DNA of 64,000 nt from Bacteroidaceae bacterium (GTDB lineage Bacteria; Bacteroidota; Bacteroidia; Bacteroidales; Bacteroidaceae), in the NCBI GenBank assembly GCA_017407905.1, contig JAFQVS010000045.1:8940-72939 (forward strand), given 5' to 3'. Both the position numbers and the translations under genes were made by a program. Each line of letters starts with the position of its first letter. Position 1 is the stretch's first letter. Below the pieces are notes generated by a model. It saw only the letters and a program-made list of their open reading frames with translations, did not search any database and was not told where the DNA came from. Of the stretch, positions 18,944 to 28,563 are shown in pieces.

Positions 18944-21900
18944 TCACTTTTTATTGTTTAGGACTATTATTTTTTCTGCTTTTGTCTGCTCGCTGCTACC
19001 CTCGGACGAGAGGCGGGCACGATAGATATATACTCCCGTTGGCATTGGCTGCCCGCCCGACGCGGTAACGTCCCAGACTATTGCGCACTGCGTGCTTACG
19101 CTCGTGAGACGCTCGCTGCATTGCCACAGCATCTGCCCCTGAAGATTGAAAATCTCTATTGTAACGTCAAGCTCGCTGTGCGGACGATTGTGTGTAAGCA
19201 CGAATGTCGCCCTCTGCCCATACTGCACGGGATTGGGCGCAACCCTTACATCGACAAAATCGGGTGCAAGATTAGGCACAACCACAAAGGTCAGCGTGTC
19301 GGTCGATGAGTTATTGAACAGGTCCCACGCACGCAAGAGCAGCGTATGCTCGCCCTCGCCGAGCGCCGAGAGAGGATACTCGATTGTTCCGCTGCGATAG
19401 TCGCCCACTGCGGGGACGTATGCACTGTTCAGATTATATGTGTGGAATTTATCATTATCGACAATGGCCATAATATCGTGTCCGATGCCTGTGCCGACGG
19501 TGTTTATTCCATTCTCGTCGAAGAGTTCGACAAAGAGACAGGGGGCAGAGTTTACCTCGTCGCCGTCCATAAACTCGGGGGTGTTAAGGTACATTTTTAT
19601 CTGCGGCCCTTTTGCGTCGTTGCTTGTCGAGGGGGCGGTGCCTCCGACCGTAAAATTATCATAACAGCCTTGCGCTGACGTGCCCAACGTATCTACGGCA
19701 AAGAGGTTCAGCATACCTTTTTCGCCTCGATAGCTAATATCCATAGGCACGGGGATTGTCAGTTTGAAGCGTCCACCCGCCACCGAGTCGCTCCCGGCAA
19801 AGAGACGCTTGGGATAGGCCACATACTCGAATTTTCCGAGACCTGTATTATCGCGTGTCGAGACTGTCTCGATGCAGTCGAAGAGTGTGGGTTGCACGAC
19901 GCCGCAAAAATCGGTTGCGGGCGAGCCGTCGGGACGCGCCACGTAACCCTCGACAACAACCGTGCCACCGGCACGGGCCTCTCCCTCGTGCGTGGCGTCG
20001 GCGCCATCGAATTTATCGACCACCACCTTGTAACGCGGAATATGCAGCCTCAGGGCAGGGTCGCCGATGAGCACATACTGCAATTTATTCTCGGAGAGGT
20101 CGCTTCCCTCGGATATTAGGGCACATTTTGCCATACGCATAGCATCGCCCACCGACGGATAGCGTCCCTCGGCGTCGGGCGTCAGCAGCAGCTGCATAAA
20201 TTTCTGATTTATAATGGCATTATATACCTGAAGCACGGTGCGTGTGGTTGTAAAAAGCCCTATTGCAGCACCGTTGGGATTGAGCATCGCAGTCTCGGCA
20301 AGCGAGCCGTCGCCCATATCAAACGGGCCAATGTCGCACGAGGCCGTTACCCAGAAGGGGACGCGCGGCGAGCTTAGCGCGGCCATATCAGAGGCTTTCC
20401 ACGTCTGTTCGTGCGAAAGTAGATTGGCGCTGCCGTGTCCCGAGTAGTTTGCGATGAGCACTCCCTCGTCGAGGCGGTCGTATATTGCTTGTGTGGCCAT
20501 CGGGTAGCTGTTTCCCGTCGAGAGTACCTCCATAGGATACTCGTCCCAATAGATGCGGTTAATCATAAACGCGGGGTTCGCCTCCGAGGTCAGTCGGGCT
20601 ATTGCCTCGGCATCCTTCATATGTTGGTTGGGGATTGTCTTATCGCCATCGTCGCCCATAAGCAGCAGTCTGTTTTGCCACGCTCCGGGGTTGCGATTCT
20701 CGATGTAAGCAATCAATTTATCAACTACGCCCGAGGCATCGGCGGTGGTCTGCACGGGGATACGCCCAACGGAAATATCTACCTTGTCGCGTAGAAGGTT
20801 GCCGCCCTCGCCGTCGTCGAGCAGGGCAAAATAGTCCTCAAGAACGTACGAGCGAACTGCGCTTACCGAGTTGTCCGATTGGTAGGTGAGCAGGAAATTA
20901 TCGGCGCTCATACGCGGATAGGTGATGAGCCTGTTGTCGGTGAGGCCGTCGCCAAAGAGTAGCAGATATTTGGGTGCCGCCCCTGCATCGGCGGCACGGT
21001 CGTATAGCATTTTCATTAGTCGGCGATAGGCGGTGGCATCGGGAGTGCCCGACGAAAATTCATTATATACCTGCGCGGCTGTTACCACCGCAACGCTCAG
21101 ATTATCGTGCTGTTTGTGTGCCTCGGCCAGACGATTGGCCTCGGCGAGGAAGGCGCCATTGGAGGGGACGATGATTATCATATCAACCCCTTCGAGGGCG
21201 TGCAGATTCTGGTTGGGAACCTCCACGGCCTTTGTTATCGAGGGGAAAGAGCCTTTTACGTTTACGGCCACAAGCTGCTCGTCGTACGACGCCGGGGCAA
21301 CCACCGTGAGTATTCCGTCGGCAAGCCGGGCTTCGAGCTCGACGGTGGATGCTTGGTCGGTTACCCTCCACACGTGCGTGTCGGCCGTGGCGTTTGCAAT
21401 CTTGAATGTGGCGTTACCCGATGTGCCGTCGCCTCGAAACTCAATATCGGAGCCTCGCAGGGCCAGCCTGCGCGTAAAGCTCAGACGCAGATAATCGAGG
21501 TGCCCCGAGAGGCTTGCGTCCGACGTTGTGTGCGTGAGTTTTATGGTTGTATTCTCGGTCAGCCCCGAGGGTACCACGAAGGAAATATCGGCGAAGCGTC
21601 CGTGGTCGGTACTTGTGGCCTGAGGCACACCCAGCGAGCCAATCTGCGCACCGTTGACATCAACCGCCACGCGCGAGACAGTGGTTGCATTGCTTGCAAA
21701 TGAAATATCGACATTGGCACGCTGCCCCTCGACCACCCCTTCGAGCGGGAAGCGGTAGCTCACCGTGCGCCCCGCCGAAAAGTCATACTCACCCACCAGC
21801 CGTCGGCCGTATGTGCAGAGTGTCTTTTCCTCTTTCTCGTATAGCGCATAGTCGGGATAAGTATCATAGACCTTGCCCACGGTTGCCTCCATCTGCTGCT

Positions 21901-22702
21901 TGGGGAATTGCAGCGGCTCGCCGTCTCCCTCATTGAGGAAATAACAGGCCTCATCGGAATATACATTCTGTGTATGTGTGAAGCGCCCCGAGGCATACTC
22001 CCAGCGCACCGTTCCGTTGGCAAAGAAGAGTACATAATCCTTCTCGCGCCACAGAGGAATCTCTTGCAGGTCGTCGGGAAGATTGTGCAGATTCTTCTCG
22101 GGCAGTATGCGGCCGCCGTAGCCGAAGAGACGCACGCGCGAGGGGTCGTTAAAGCCCATACGCCTGAGCTCGGCAGTGGTTATTTTGTGTACGCCGCTCT
22201 CCTTAACCGATATTCGCACCCAGCGCCCTGTGTCGAGCACCGAGGCATTTGTGTAGCGTTGCCGTGGCGAGGTGCGGCTGTCGAGGCGCGAGAGTGCCTT
22301 TTGGACGCTGAGCGTGCGCGAGACGACCAATTTAAACGAGTTTATGCGCATAAAGCGGCCGTCGGCACTGACGACGGGCACAAAGCTCACGTCGAGCTGT
22401 CCGCGCTTGGCCGAAACGCCCACCGACGCGCTGACGCGAGGATAAGCAGGCAGTGCCTCGGGCAGTGCGTCGAGACGGTAGCGGGCAATCTCCCCGGGGC
22501 TCATCGGCACAAATTCGGGATACTCGATGGTTGCCTCATAGTCGTAAATTGCATAGTCGTCGGGCAGCTCAATCATTGTCGAGTAGCGCGGCAGAAGCGT
22601 GTCGCGCGCCATCGTCTCCCAATCGACCTCGATAAACTGTGCCATCGCCCCCGAGGCGACGAGCAGCAGTGCAAAAGTTAATATTTTCCTAAGACTTTTC
22701 AT
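18944..22702 (-). CDS. porU: Type IX secretion system sortase PorU (C25/gingipain-like peptidase)
   Basis: 1252 aa. Signal peptide and a central C25-like region (YLLLFGDG..., ANYSGHGS..., WVTASCDIGPFD, supplying His and Cys). The C-terminal beta-sandwich ends ...AEKIIVLNNKK. Adjacent to porV. Confidence 0.78.
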   Translation of the reverse strand: MKSLRKILTFALLLVASGAMAQFIEVDWETMARDTLLPRYSTMIELPDDYAIYDYEATIEYPEFVPMSPGEIARYRLDALPEALPAYPRVSASVGVSAKRGQLDVSFVPVVSADGRFMRINSFKLVVSRTLSVQKALSRLDSRTSPRQRYTNASVLDTGRWVRISVKESGVHKITTAELRRMGFNDPSRVRLFGYGGRILPEKNLHNLPDDLQEIPLWREKDYVLFFANGTVRWEYASGRFTHTQNVYSDEACYFLNEGDGEPLQFPKQQMEATVGKVYDTYPDYALYEKEEKTLCTYGRRLVGEYDFSAGRTVSYRFPLEGVVEGQRANVDISFASNATTVSRVAVDVNGAQIGSLGVPQATSTDHGRFADISFVVPSGLTENTTIKLTHTTSDASLSGHLDYLRLSFTRRLALRGSDIEFRGDGTSGNATFKIANATADTHVWRVTDQASTVELEARLADGILTVVAPASYDEQLVAVNVKGSFPSITKAVEVPNQNLHALEGVDMIIIVPSNGAFLAEANRLAEAHKQHDNLSVAVVTAAQVYNEFSSGTPDATAYRRLMKMLYDRAADAGAAPKYLLLFGDGLTDNRLITYPRMSADNFLLTYQSDNSVSAVRSYVLEDYFALLDDGEGGNLLRDKVDISVGRIPVQTTADASGVVDKLIAYIENRNPGAWQNRLLLMGDDGDKTIPNQHMKDAEAIARLTSEANPAFMINRIYWDEYPMEVLSTGNSYPMATQAIYDRLDEGVLIANYSGHGSANLLSHEQTWKASDMAALSSPRVPFWVTASCDIGPFDMGDGSLAETAMLNPNGAAIGLFTTTRTVLQVYNAIINQKFMQLLLTPDAEGRYPSVGDAMRMAKCALISEGSDLSENKLQYVLIGDPALRLHIPRYKVVVDKFDGADATHEGEARAGGTVVVEGYVARPDGSPATDFCGVVQPTLFDCIETVSTRDNTGLGKFEYVAYPKRLFAGSDSVAGGRFKLTIPVPMDISYRGEKGMLNLFAVDTLGTSAQGCYDNFTVGGTAPSTSNDAKGPQIKMYLNTPEFMDGDEVNSAPCLFVELFDENGINTVGTGIGHDIMAIVDNDKFHTYNLNSAYVPAVGDYRSGTIEYPLSALGEGEHTLLLRAWDLFNNSSTDTLTFVVVPNLAPDFVDVRVAPNPVQYGQRATFVLTHNRPHSELDVTIEIFNLQGQMLWQCSERLTSVSTQCAIVWDVTASGGQPMPTGVYIYRARLSSEGSSEQTKAEKIIVLNNKK

Positions 22703-23316
22703 CAGCGTACACGAAAATCGAGCACCTTTTCCTGCCCTATATAACCTCTGAGATAATCGCCCACCTTTACGGGTGCAACGCCTGCGGGAGTGCCCGTGAA
22801 GATAAGGTCGCCCGTCTTTAGCGTGCAGAAGCGGCTCACGTAGGCCACTATTTCATCGACCGTGAAGAGCATCTGAGCGCTGTTTGCGCTCTGCACCACA
22901 GCGTCGTTTATGGTGAGCGAAAAATCTATATTCTTAATGTCGTAATTCTCGATGGGACGAAACTCGCCAAGCACAGCCGAGCAGTCGAACCCCTTTGAGA
23001 GTGCCCACGGCCCACCCGCGGCAATTGCCCTGCGCTGAATATCGCGCGCGGTAAAATCGACGCCCACGGTGATTGCGTCGTAGTAACGGTGGGCGAAGCG
23101 CTCGGGGATGCTGCGTCCCAGCTGGCCTATGCGCACCACAATCTCGGCCTCGTAGTCGATGCGTCCCATCCAATCGGGCAGATAAAAGTGCTTGCCGTTT
23201 TTCAGTATCGCCGAGTCGGGCTTAAAGAATATTATCGGCTCCTCGGGTTTTTCGCCCGTCCCATCAAATTCTATTGCGTGTGCGGCATAATTTTTGCCTA
23301 CTGCTATTATTTTCAT
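22702..23316 (-). CDS. Fumarylacetoacetate hydrolase (FAH) family protein
   Basis: 204 aa. MKIIAVGKNYAAHA..., EAEIVVRIG, GDLIFTGTPAGV are typical of the short FAH/HpcE-like family. Confidence 0.85.
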   Translation of the reverse strand: MKIIAVGKNYAAHAIEFDGTGEKPEEPIIFFKPDSAILKNGKHFYLPDWMGRIDYEAEIVVRIGQLGRSIPERFAHRYYDAITVGVDFTARDIQRRAIAAGGPWALSKGFDCSAVLGEFRPIENYDIKNIDFSLTINDAVVQSANSAQMLFTVDEIVAYVSRFCTLKTGDLIFTGTPAGVAPVKVGDYLRGYIGQEKVLDFRVR

Positions 23317-23348
23317 ATTCTGTAAGTGTGTGTGTATAGTTTATGTCC

Positions 23349-23996
23349 TTACTCTTGTTCGAGCGTGTCGAGGCGGTTGAACATCAGCGACAAATGAGCA
23401 TAGAGCGAGGTATTCTGCACCACAATATCCTCGGGCACGCGTATGCGCAGCGGGGTAAAATTCCATATAGCCTTTATGCCCCATACTACCATCCTGTCGG
23501 CCACCTCCTGTGCACTCTCTATGGGCACCGTAAGGATGCCTATTTTCACATTGTGCCGACGCATTTTCGCGCCAATCTCGCTTATGTGATAGACGGGAAT
23601 GCCCGAGATATTATGCCCCACGAGACGCGGATTATTGTCGAATGCCGCAACAACCTCAAGGCCGAATTGTTGCAGTCCCGTATCCTTGAGCAGCGCACCG
23701 CCCAAGCGTCCGGCACCAAAGAGAAAAGCCTTGTGTCGGGTATTGAACCCGAGGAAGGTCTCAAGCACTTCGAGCAGATTGTCAATCTCGTAGCCCACAC
23801 GCGTGCGCCCCACGATATTCACGCACGAGAGGTCTTTTGCTATCTGCGAGGCCACGATATTAGTCTCTTTCGAGAGGCGCGTCGAGGAGACAAAAGTCTC
23901 GCCGCGTGTCTTAAGCAGACGACAAACAGACAGATACCACGGCAGACGTCGCAGCGTGGGCTCGGGTACTTTGTCTATCTTATATTGTGTGTCCAT
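23349..23996 (-). CDS. rex: Redox-sensing transcriptional repressor Rex
   Basis: 215 aa. The winged-helix N-terminus is PEPTLRRLPWYLSVCRLL. The Rossmann motif is FLFGAGRLGGALL. Confidence 0.9.
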   Translation of the reverse strand: MDTQYKIDKVPEPTLRRLPWYLSVCRLLKTRGETFVSSTRLSKETNIVASQIAKDLSCVNIVGRTRVGYEIDNLLEVLETFLGFNTRHKAFLFGAGRLGGALLKDTGLQQFGLEVVAAFDNNPRLVGHNISGIPVYHISEIGAKMRRHNVKIGILTVPIESAQEVADRMVVWGIKAIWNFTPLRIRVPEDIVVQNTSLYAHLSLMFNRLDTLEQE

Positions 23997-24291
23997 ACTC
24001 TTTTGTTTAATGGGCGCGTATCGCGCGCTATATAATAACGTAGCAAAATTAAACTTATTTTATGAAGCTATAAAATTTGTGCGGCAAAATAAACAGCTGT
24101 TTAATTCTTATTGTAAAATTTTCCATATTTCGTGTCTTTGTTTCGGCCTCTTTGAGACTATTTTTTAGATATTCAAACAGTTTCTCAAGAAGAGGGTGCA
24201 TTATATTTTTCCTGTTTATGTCATTTTGCACCAATAATTTTCTTATCTTCGCACCAATAAACCACACAAACACATAAATTCGATTAACATT

Positions 24292-25476
24292 ATGAGCCAA
24301 TATTCATCGCCGTTCAAGGAGAGAAGTTTTTTAAGACGATACGCCGCAGCCATTAAATTCCAGATACAGAATTTCAAAGTCCTATCCATTCTGTACATTC
24401 TGTTTGTAATACCAATGAGCTACCTTATCACAAAAAACTCTTCGGGAAACATCAGTGCAATACTTCTCGGCATTCTGAATATTGGCGCAACAACCTTCTA
24501 CTATGCAACCTTTAAGCAATATATAAAGAGAAAAAAGGCTGCGGTCATCAACAGCGATTTTATTGGCGAATGCAAGGAGGTGTTTGTAAAAAATATAATT
24601 TTATCACTTTCACTGTATGCCATTTCAATCTGTGCATCATTTGCCATTTCTATCATTATGGTAATTTCACTTTATCTCCTTAATGTGTATATTGCTTTAA
24701 CACTGCTTATTATAGCCGTTGCAGCCGCTGCACTATATATTGTTATCCCCTCGATACATTATATACTGTCGTCAAAAACTGTTTTTATCGACCGTCTGAG
24801 CGAGGGCTTTAAATTACAAAAGGGGCACATCAGCGGAATATTGGGCTACGCACTTTTTTCGGGTTTTATTTATATCACTCTTTTATTTTTTACCCTTGTA
24901 TTGGTAGTTACATATTGTATTGTAAAATATGGAGATAATTATGAGCCCGGCGCCAATTTCACACTCTTTGCAATGGCAGCAGCACAATTTTTTCATTGCA
25001 TATTCCTGTTAGTCCCTATGCTCTATCAGTATGCGCACATAATTGCTCAAAAGGCAGCAAAGGAGAGGGAAGAGAGTGCCGTCGCCACCACAGAGAGCAC
25101 GCCCGAGGAGCCTCAGGCACCCGCTGCCGCCGCCGAGGTTAACACACCTCTGCCCGCAGAGCCCACAGCAGAAGATGCAGTAGAGGAGAGCACTCCGCCC
25201 GCAGAACCCGAACCACAGAAGAGCGACGTCCCCACCCGACGAAAAGGAGCATTCAAAATAGAGGGCAGCGGCTTTTACTCGATAGAGCTTTGCAGCGCAA
25301 AAGAGAGCCATAAAATAACCGAAAATCTATACATTCTTTTGGGCTACACAAAGGACGAGGCCGAGAGCATAGTAAACAACCTACCCGCAATAGTTGCCGA
25401 GAACCTTTCAATGTCCGAGGCGCTCGACCTCAGAGCACTCCTCGAACAGGCCGGCGGCTCAGTAAATATAAAATAA
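24292..25476 (+). CDS. Polytopic membrane protein (about 6 TM) with P/A/E-rich linker and C-terminal ribosomal L7/L12-CTD-like domain
   Basis: 394 aa. About six hydrophobic helices, then the linker EEPQAPAAAAEVNTPLPAEPTAEDAVEESTPPAEPEP. The tail LGYTKDEAESIVNNLPAIVAENLSMSEALDLRALLEQAGGSVNIK aligns by eye with the L7/L12 C-terminus [43 protein letters not shown]. Confidence 0.65.
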   Translation: MSQYSSPFKERSFLRRYAAAIKFQIQNFKVLSILYILFVIPMSYLITKNSSGNISAILLGILNIGATTFYYATFKQYIKRKKAAVINSDFIGECKEVFVKNIILSLSLYAISICASFAISIIMVISLYLLNVYIALTLLIIAVAAAALYIVIPSIHYILSSKTVFIDRLSEGFKLQKGHISGILGYALFSGFIYITLLFFTLVLVVTYCIVKYGDNYEPGANFTLFAMAAAQFFHCIFLLVPMLYQYAHIIAQKAAKEREESAVATTESTPEEPQAPAAAAEVNTPLPAEPTAEDAVEESTPPAEPEPQKSDVPTRRKGAFKIEGSGFYSIELCSAKESHKITENLYILLGYTKDEAESIVNNLPAIVAENLSMSEALDLRALLEQAGGSVNIK

Positions 25477-25478
25477 TT

Positions 25479-25817
25479 ATGAAAAAAAACGATTGGAAAG
25501 AGAGGCTCAATATAGTCTATTCCACCAACCCCGATTTTCAATATTCCACCGATGAAAAGGAGGAAATTGCCACCCTGCCCAAGCAACAGCAGAGGCTGCG
25601 CGTGAGCATCGAGAAGAACCACCGAGGCGGAAAGACCGTAACCCTCGTCAAGAATTTCACAGGCACCGACGACGACCTCAAAGAGCTTGGCCGCCTTCTA
25701 AAAACCCGCTGCGGCGTAGGCGGAACGGTAAAAGAGGGCGAGATACTCGTTCAAGGCGATTTTAAACAAAAAATCGTCGAAATTCTGCTAAAAGAGGGCT
25801 ACACACAGACAAAATAG
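25479..25817 (+). CDS. yciH: Translation initiation factor SUI1/YciH family
   Basis: 112 aa. LRVSIEKNHRGGKTVTLVKNF...LKTRCGVGGTVKEGEILVQGDFKQKIVEILLKEGY is the SUI1 fold signature. The start is 3 nt after the stop of the upstream gene. Confidence 0.88.
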   Translation: MKKNDWKERLNIVYSTNPDFQYSTDEKEEIATLPKQQQRLRVSIEKNHRGGKTVTLVKNFTGTDDDLKELGRLLKTRCGVGGTVKEGEILVQGDFKQKIVEILLKEGYTQTK

Positions 25818-25925
25818 CACCCCGAAAAAAAACTTTTTATTAGCCGCGACACATATTTACACAAAATAGATGTATATTCGCGCAATAAACCCCCACAGAG
25901 AATACAACCTAAAATACACAACAAT

Positions 25926-26570
25926 ATGTCAAACAAATCAAAAGTCATTTTGGCAGCTGAGCTGCTGAAAATCAAGGCAGTAAAATTACAACCCGAGCAA
26001 CCCTTTACTTGGGCGTCAGGCTGGAAGTCTCCATTCTATTGCGACAACCGCAAGACCCTCTCGTTCCCCGAGCTCCGCACACGCGTCAAGCTGGGCCTTG
26101 CCAACCTTATCCTCGAAGAATTCCCCGAGGCCGACACCGTTGCCGGCGTTGCAACAGGCGCCATTGCACAGGGTGCCCTTGTAGCCGAGGAGCTCGGCAA
26201 GCCCTTTGTATATGTACGTTCATCGGCCAAAGACCACGGTCTGGGCAACCTCATCGAGGGTGATGTTCAGCCCGGTGCCAAAGTTATTGTGGTAGAAGAC
26301 CTTGTATCGACAGGCCTCAGCAGCCTCAGAGCCGTCGAGGCACTGCGTGCGGCAGGCGTCGAGGTAATAGGAATGGTAGCCTCGTTCACATACGGATTCG
26401 GCGTAGCCGAAGAGGCCTTTGCAAAGGCAGGCGTAAAGCTCATCACCCTTACCGACTACGAGTCGGTGCTCGAGGCAGCAAAAGCAACCGGATACATCAC
26501 CGAGGATGTAATGCCCACACTCAAAGAGTGGCGCGCCAACCCCTCGGAGTGGAGAAACGACCTTAAATAA
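25926..26570 (+). CDS. pyrE: Orotate phosphoribosyltransferase
   Basis: 214 aa. FTWASGWKSPFYCDNR and the PRPP-binding motif KVIVVEDLVSTGLSS. Confidence 0.93.
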   Translation: MSNKSKVILAAELLKIKAVKLQPEQPFTWASGWKSPFYCDNRKTLSFPELRTRVKLGLANLILEEFPEADTVAGVATGAIAQGALVAEELGKPFVYVRSSAKDHGLGNLIEGDVQPGAKVIVVEDLVSTGLSSLRAVEALRAAGVEVIGMVASFTYGFGVAEEAFAKAGVKLITLTDYESVLEAAKATGYITEDVMPTLKEWRANPSEWRNDLK

Positions 26571-26576
26571 CCCACT

Positions 26577-26987
26577 ATGAGCCAATACGAGAGCAGCGTA
26601 AAGCAGATACCCTACTCACAAGAGCGAGTATATTCCAAGCTACAAGACCTCAACAACCTCGAAGCCCTTCAAGGGAAACTCCCCGAGGACAAGGTCAAGG
26701 AATTTACATTCGACCACGACCAAGCAACAGTAGATGTTCCCCCTATTGGCAAGGTAACAATAAGAGTAGTAGAGCGCGAAGAGCCTAAATGTATAAAATT
26801 CGAGGCAGTTGGTTCGCCCATCCCCATAAATATGTGGATACAGATTATTCCCGACGGCAGCGAAGCATCCAAAATGCGCGTAGTAGCAAAAGCCGAGCTT
26901 AATTTTATGCTGCGCGGAATGATTGAAAAACCGCTCAAAGAGGGGCTCGAAAAGATAGCCGACACATTGGCAATGGTACAATACTAA
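26577..26987 (+). CDS. SRPBCC-superfamily protein (CoxG/polyketide-cyclase-like)
   Basis: 136 aa. The size and pattern are typical of SRPBCC ligand-binding proteins. There are no catalytic motifs to check. Confidence 0.55.
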   Translation: MSQYESSVKQIPYSQERVYSKLQDLNNLEALQGKLPEDKVKEFTFDHDQATVDVPPIGKVTIRVVEREEPKCIKFEAVGSPIPINMWIQIIPDGSEASKMRVVAKAELNFMLRGMIEKPLKEGLEKIADTLAMVQY

Positions 26988-27017
26988 AATATTGTACCAC
27001 AACAGAACAAAGCAACG

Positions 27018-27055
27018 CACTGCCTGCAAAATCCTATTGAATTTTGCAGGCAGTG
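27018..27055 (+). terminator. Hairpin after the SRPBCC gene
   Basis: Perfect 15-bp stem CACTGCCTGCAAAAT / ATTTTGCAGGCAGTG with an 8-nt loop. No clear T-tract follows. Confidence 0.5.
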
Positions 27056-27112
27056 TCAAAAGTTGCTCAACAGTAAATAAAACAGCCTCTAATCATAGAA
27101 CAAAAACATTAT

Positions 27113-28456
27113 ATGGCAAAAAAACTTTGGGAGAAGAACAGCACAGTAACCCCCGAAATTGAACGCTTCACAGTGGGCAAAGACCGCGAGCTCGACCTAC
27201 TGCTGGCCCGATACGATATTTTAGGCTCCATAGCCCACAGCGCAATGCTGTGCAAGATTGGAATGCTCAGCGAGCAAGAGACAAAGGAGCTTCACAGCGA
27301 GCTGCGCGAGATATACACCCTTGCCGAGAAAGGAGAATTTACCATCGAAGAGGGAGTAGAAGATGTACACTCACAAGTAGAGCTTATGCTCACCCGCAAG
27401 CTGGGCGATACGGGCAAAAAGATACACAGCGGACGCTCGCGCAACGACCAAGTACTGCTCGACCTTAAACTATTCACCCGCCACGAGCTGCGCCTCGTGT
27501 GCGAGGCCGTCAAACAACTATTCGACAGCCTCATAGCACAGAGCAACCGCCACAAAGAGGTGCTTATGCCCGGATACACCCATCTGCAAGTGGCAATGCC
27601 CTCGTCGTTCGGACTATGGTTCGGTGCCTACGCCGAGAGCCTCGCCGATGATATGCTCTTTCTTCAGGCGGCCTATCGTATGTGCAACCGCAACCCATTG
27701 GGTTCGGCCGCAGGATACGGCTCGTCGTTCCCCCTCGACCGCACTCTCACCACCAATCTTTTGGCATTCGACACAATGAACTACAATGTGGTGTATGCAC
27801 AGATGGGGCGCGGAAAGTGCGAGCGCAACGTAGCCTACGCCCTTGCAAGCGTAGCCGGCACACTCTCAAAAATGGCCTTCGACGCCTGTATGTTCAACTC
27901 GCAGAATTTCGGTTTTGTGAAACTGCCCGCCGAGTGCACCACAGGCAGCAGCATTATGCCCCACAAGAAAAACCCCGACGTTTTTGAGCTACTGCGCGCA
28001 AAATGCAACCGTCTGCAAGCACTGCCCACCGATATTATCCTGATAATGAACAATCTACCCGTAGGATACTTCCGCGACCTTCAGATTATAAAAGAGGTCT
28101 TTCTGCCCGCATTCGACCAAATTAAAGAGTGCCTGCGTATGGCCAACTACATAATAGAGCGCATCGAGGTCAACGAGCACATTCTGGACGACCGGCGCTA
28201 CGACCCAATGTTCAGCGTCGAGGAGGTGAACCGTCTGGCAGCCGAGGGAATGCCCTTCCGCGACGCCTACAAGAGAGTAGGCCTCGAAATTGAAGCAGGC
28301 ACATTCCGCGCCGATAAAAACATACACCACACGCACGAGGGCAGCATCGGCAATCTGTGCAACGAGCAGATAACCGAGCTAATGAACAGCATCTGCGACA
28401 GTATGAATTTCGAGCGCATCGACAGAGCCGAAGCACATCTGCTGGGACGAGAATAA
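27113..28456 (+). CDS. argH: Argininosuccinate lyase
   Basis: 447 aa. Fumarate-lyase signature GSSIMPHKKNPD, plus HSGRSRNDQV and MPGYTHLQVAMP. Confidence 0.95.
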   Translation: MAKKLWEKNSTVTPEIERFTVGKDRELDLLLARYDILGSIAHSAMLCKIGMLSEQETKELHSELREIYTLAEKGEFTIEEGVEDVHSQVELMLTRKLGDTGKKIHSGRSRNDQVLLDLKLFTRHELRLVCEAVKQLFDSLIAQSNRHKEVLMPGYTHLQVAMPSSFGLWFGAYAESLADDMLFLQAAYRMCNRNPLGSAAGYGSSFPLDRTLTTNLLAFDTMNYNVVYAQMGRGKCERNVAYALASVAGTLSKMAFDACMFNSQNFGFVKLPAECTTGSSIMPHKKNPDVFELLRAKCNRLQALPTDIILIMNNLPVGYFRDLQIIKEVFLPAFDQIKECLRMANYIIERIEVNEHILDDRRYDPMFSVEEVNRLAAEGMPFRDAYKRVGLEIEAGTFRADKNIHHTHEGSIGNLCNEQITELMNSICDSMNFERIDRAEAHLLGRE

Positions 28457-28484
28457 TAAAACCGGATAATCTCTAAAAACAGTT

Positions 28485-28540
28485 AACGCAAGGTCGCAAC
28501 GCAGCATATAAGACAATAATTGCCACGACCTTGCGTTTTT
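28485..28540 (+). terminator. Putative terminator after argH
   Basis: 12-bp stem AACGCAAGGTCG (28485-28496) / CGACCTTGCGTT (28526-28537), followed by TTT. The loop is large (about 29 nt). Confidence 0.45.
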
Positions 28541-28563
28541 AAATTGCAGAAACAACAGAGAAT

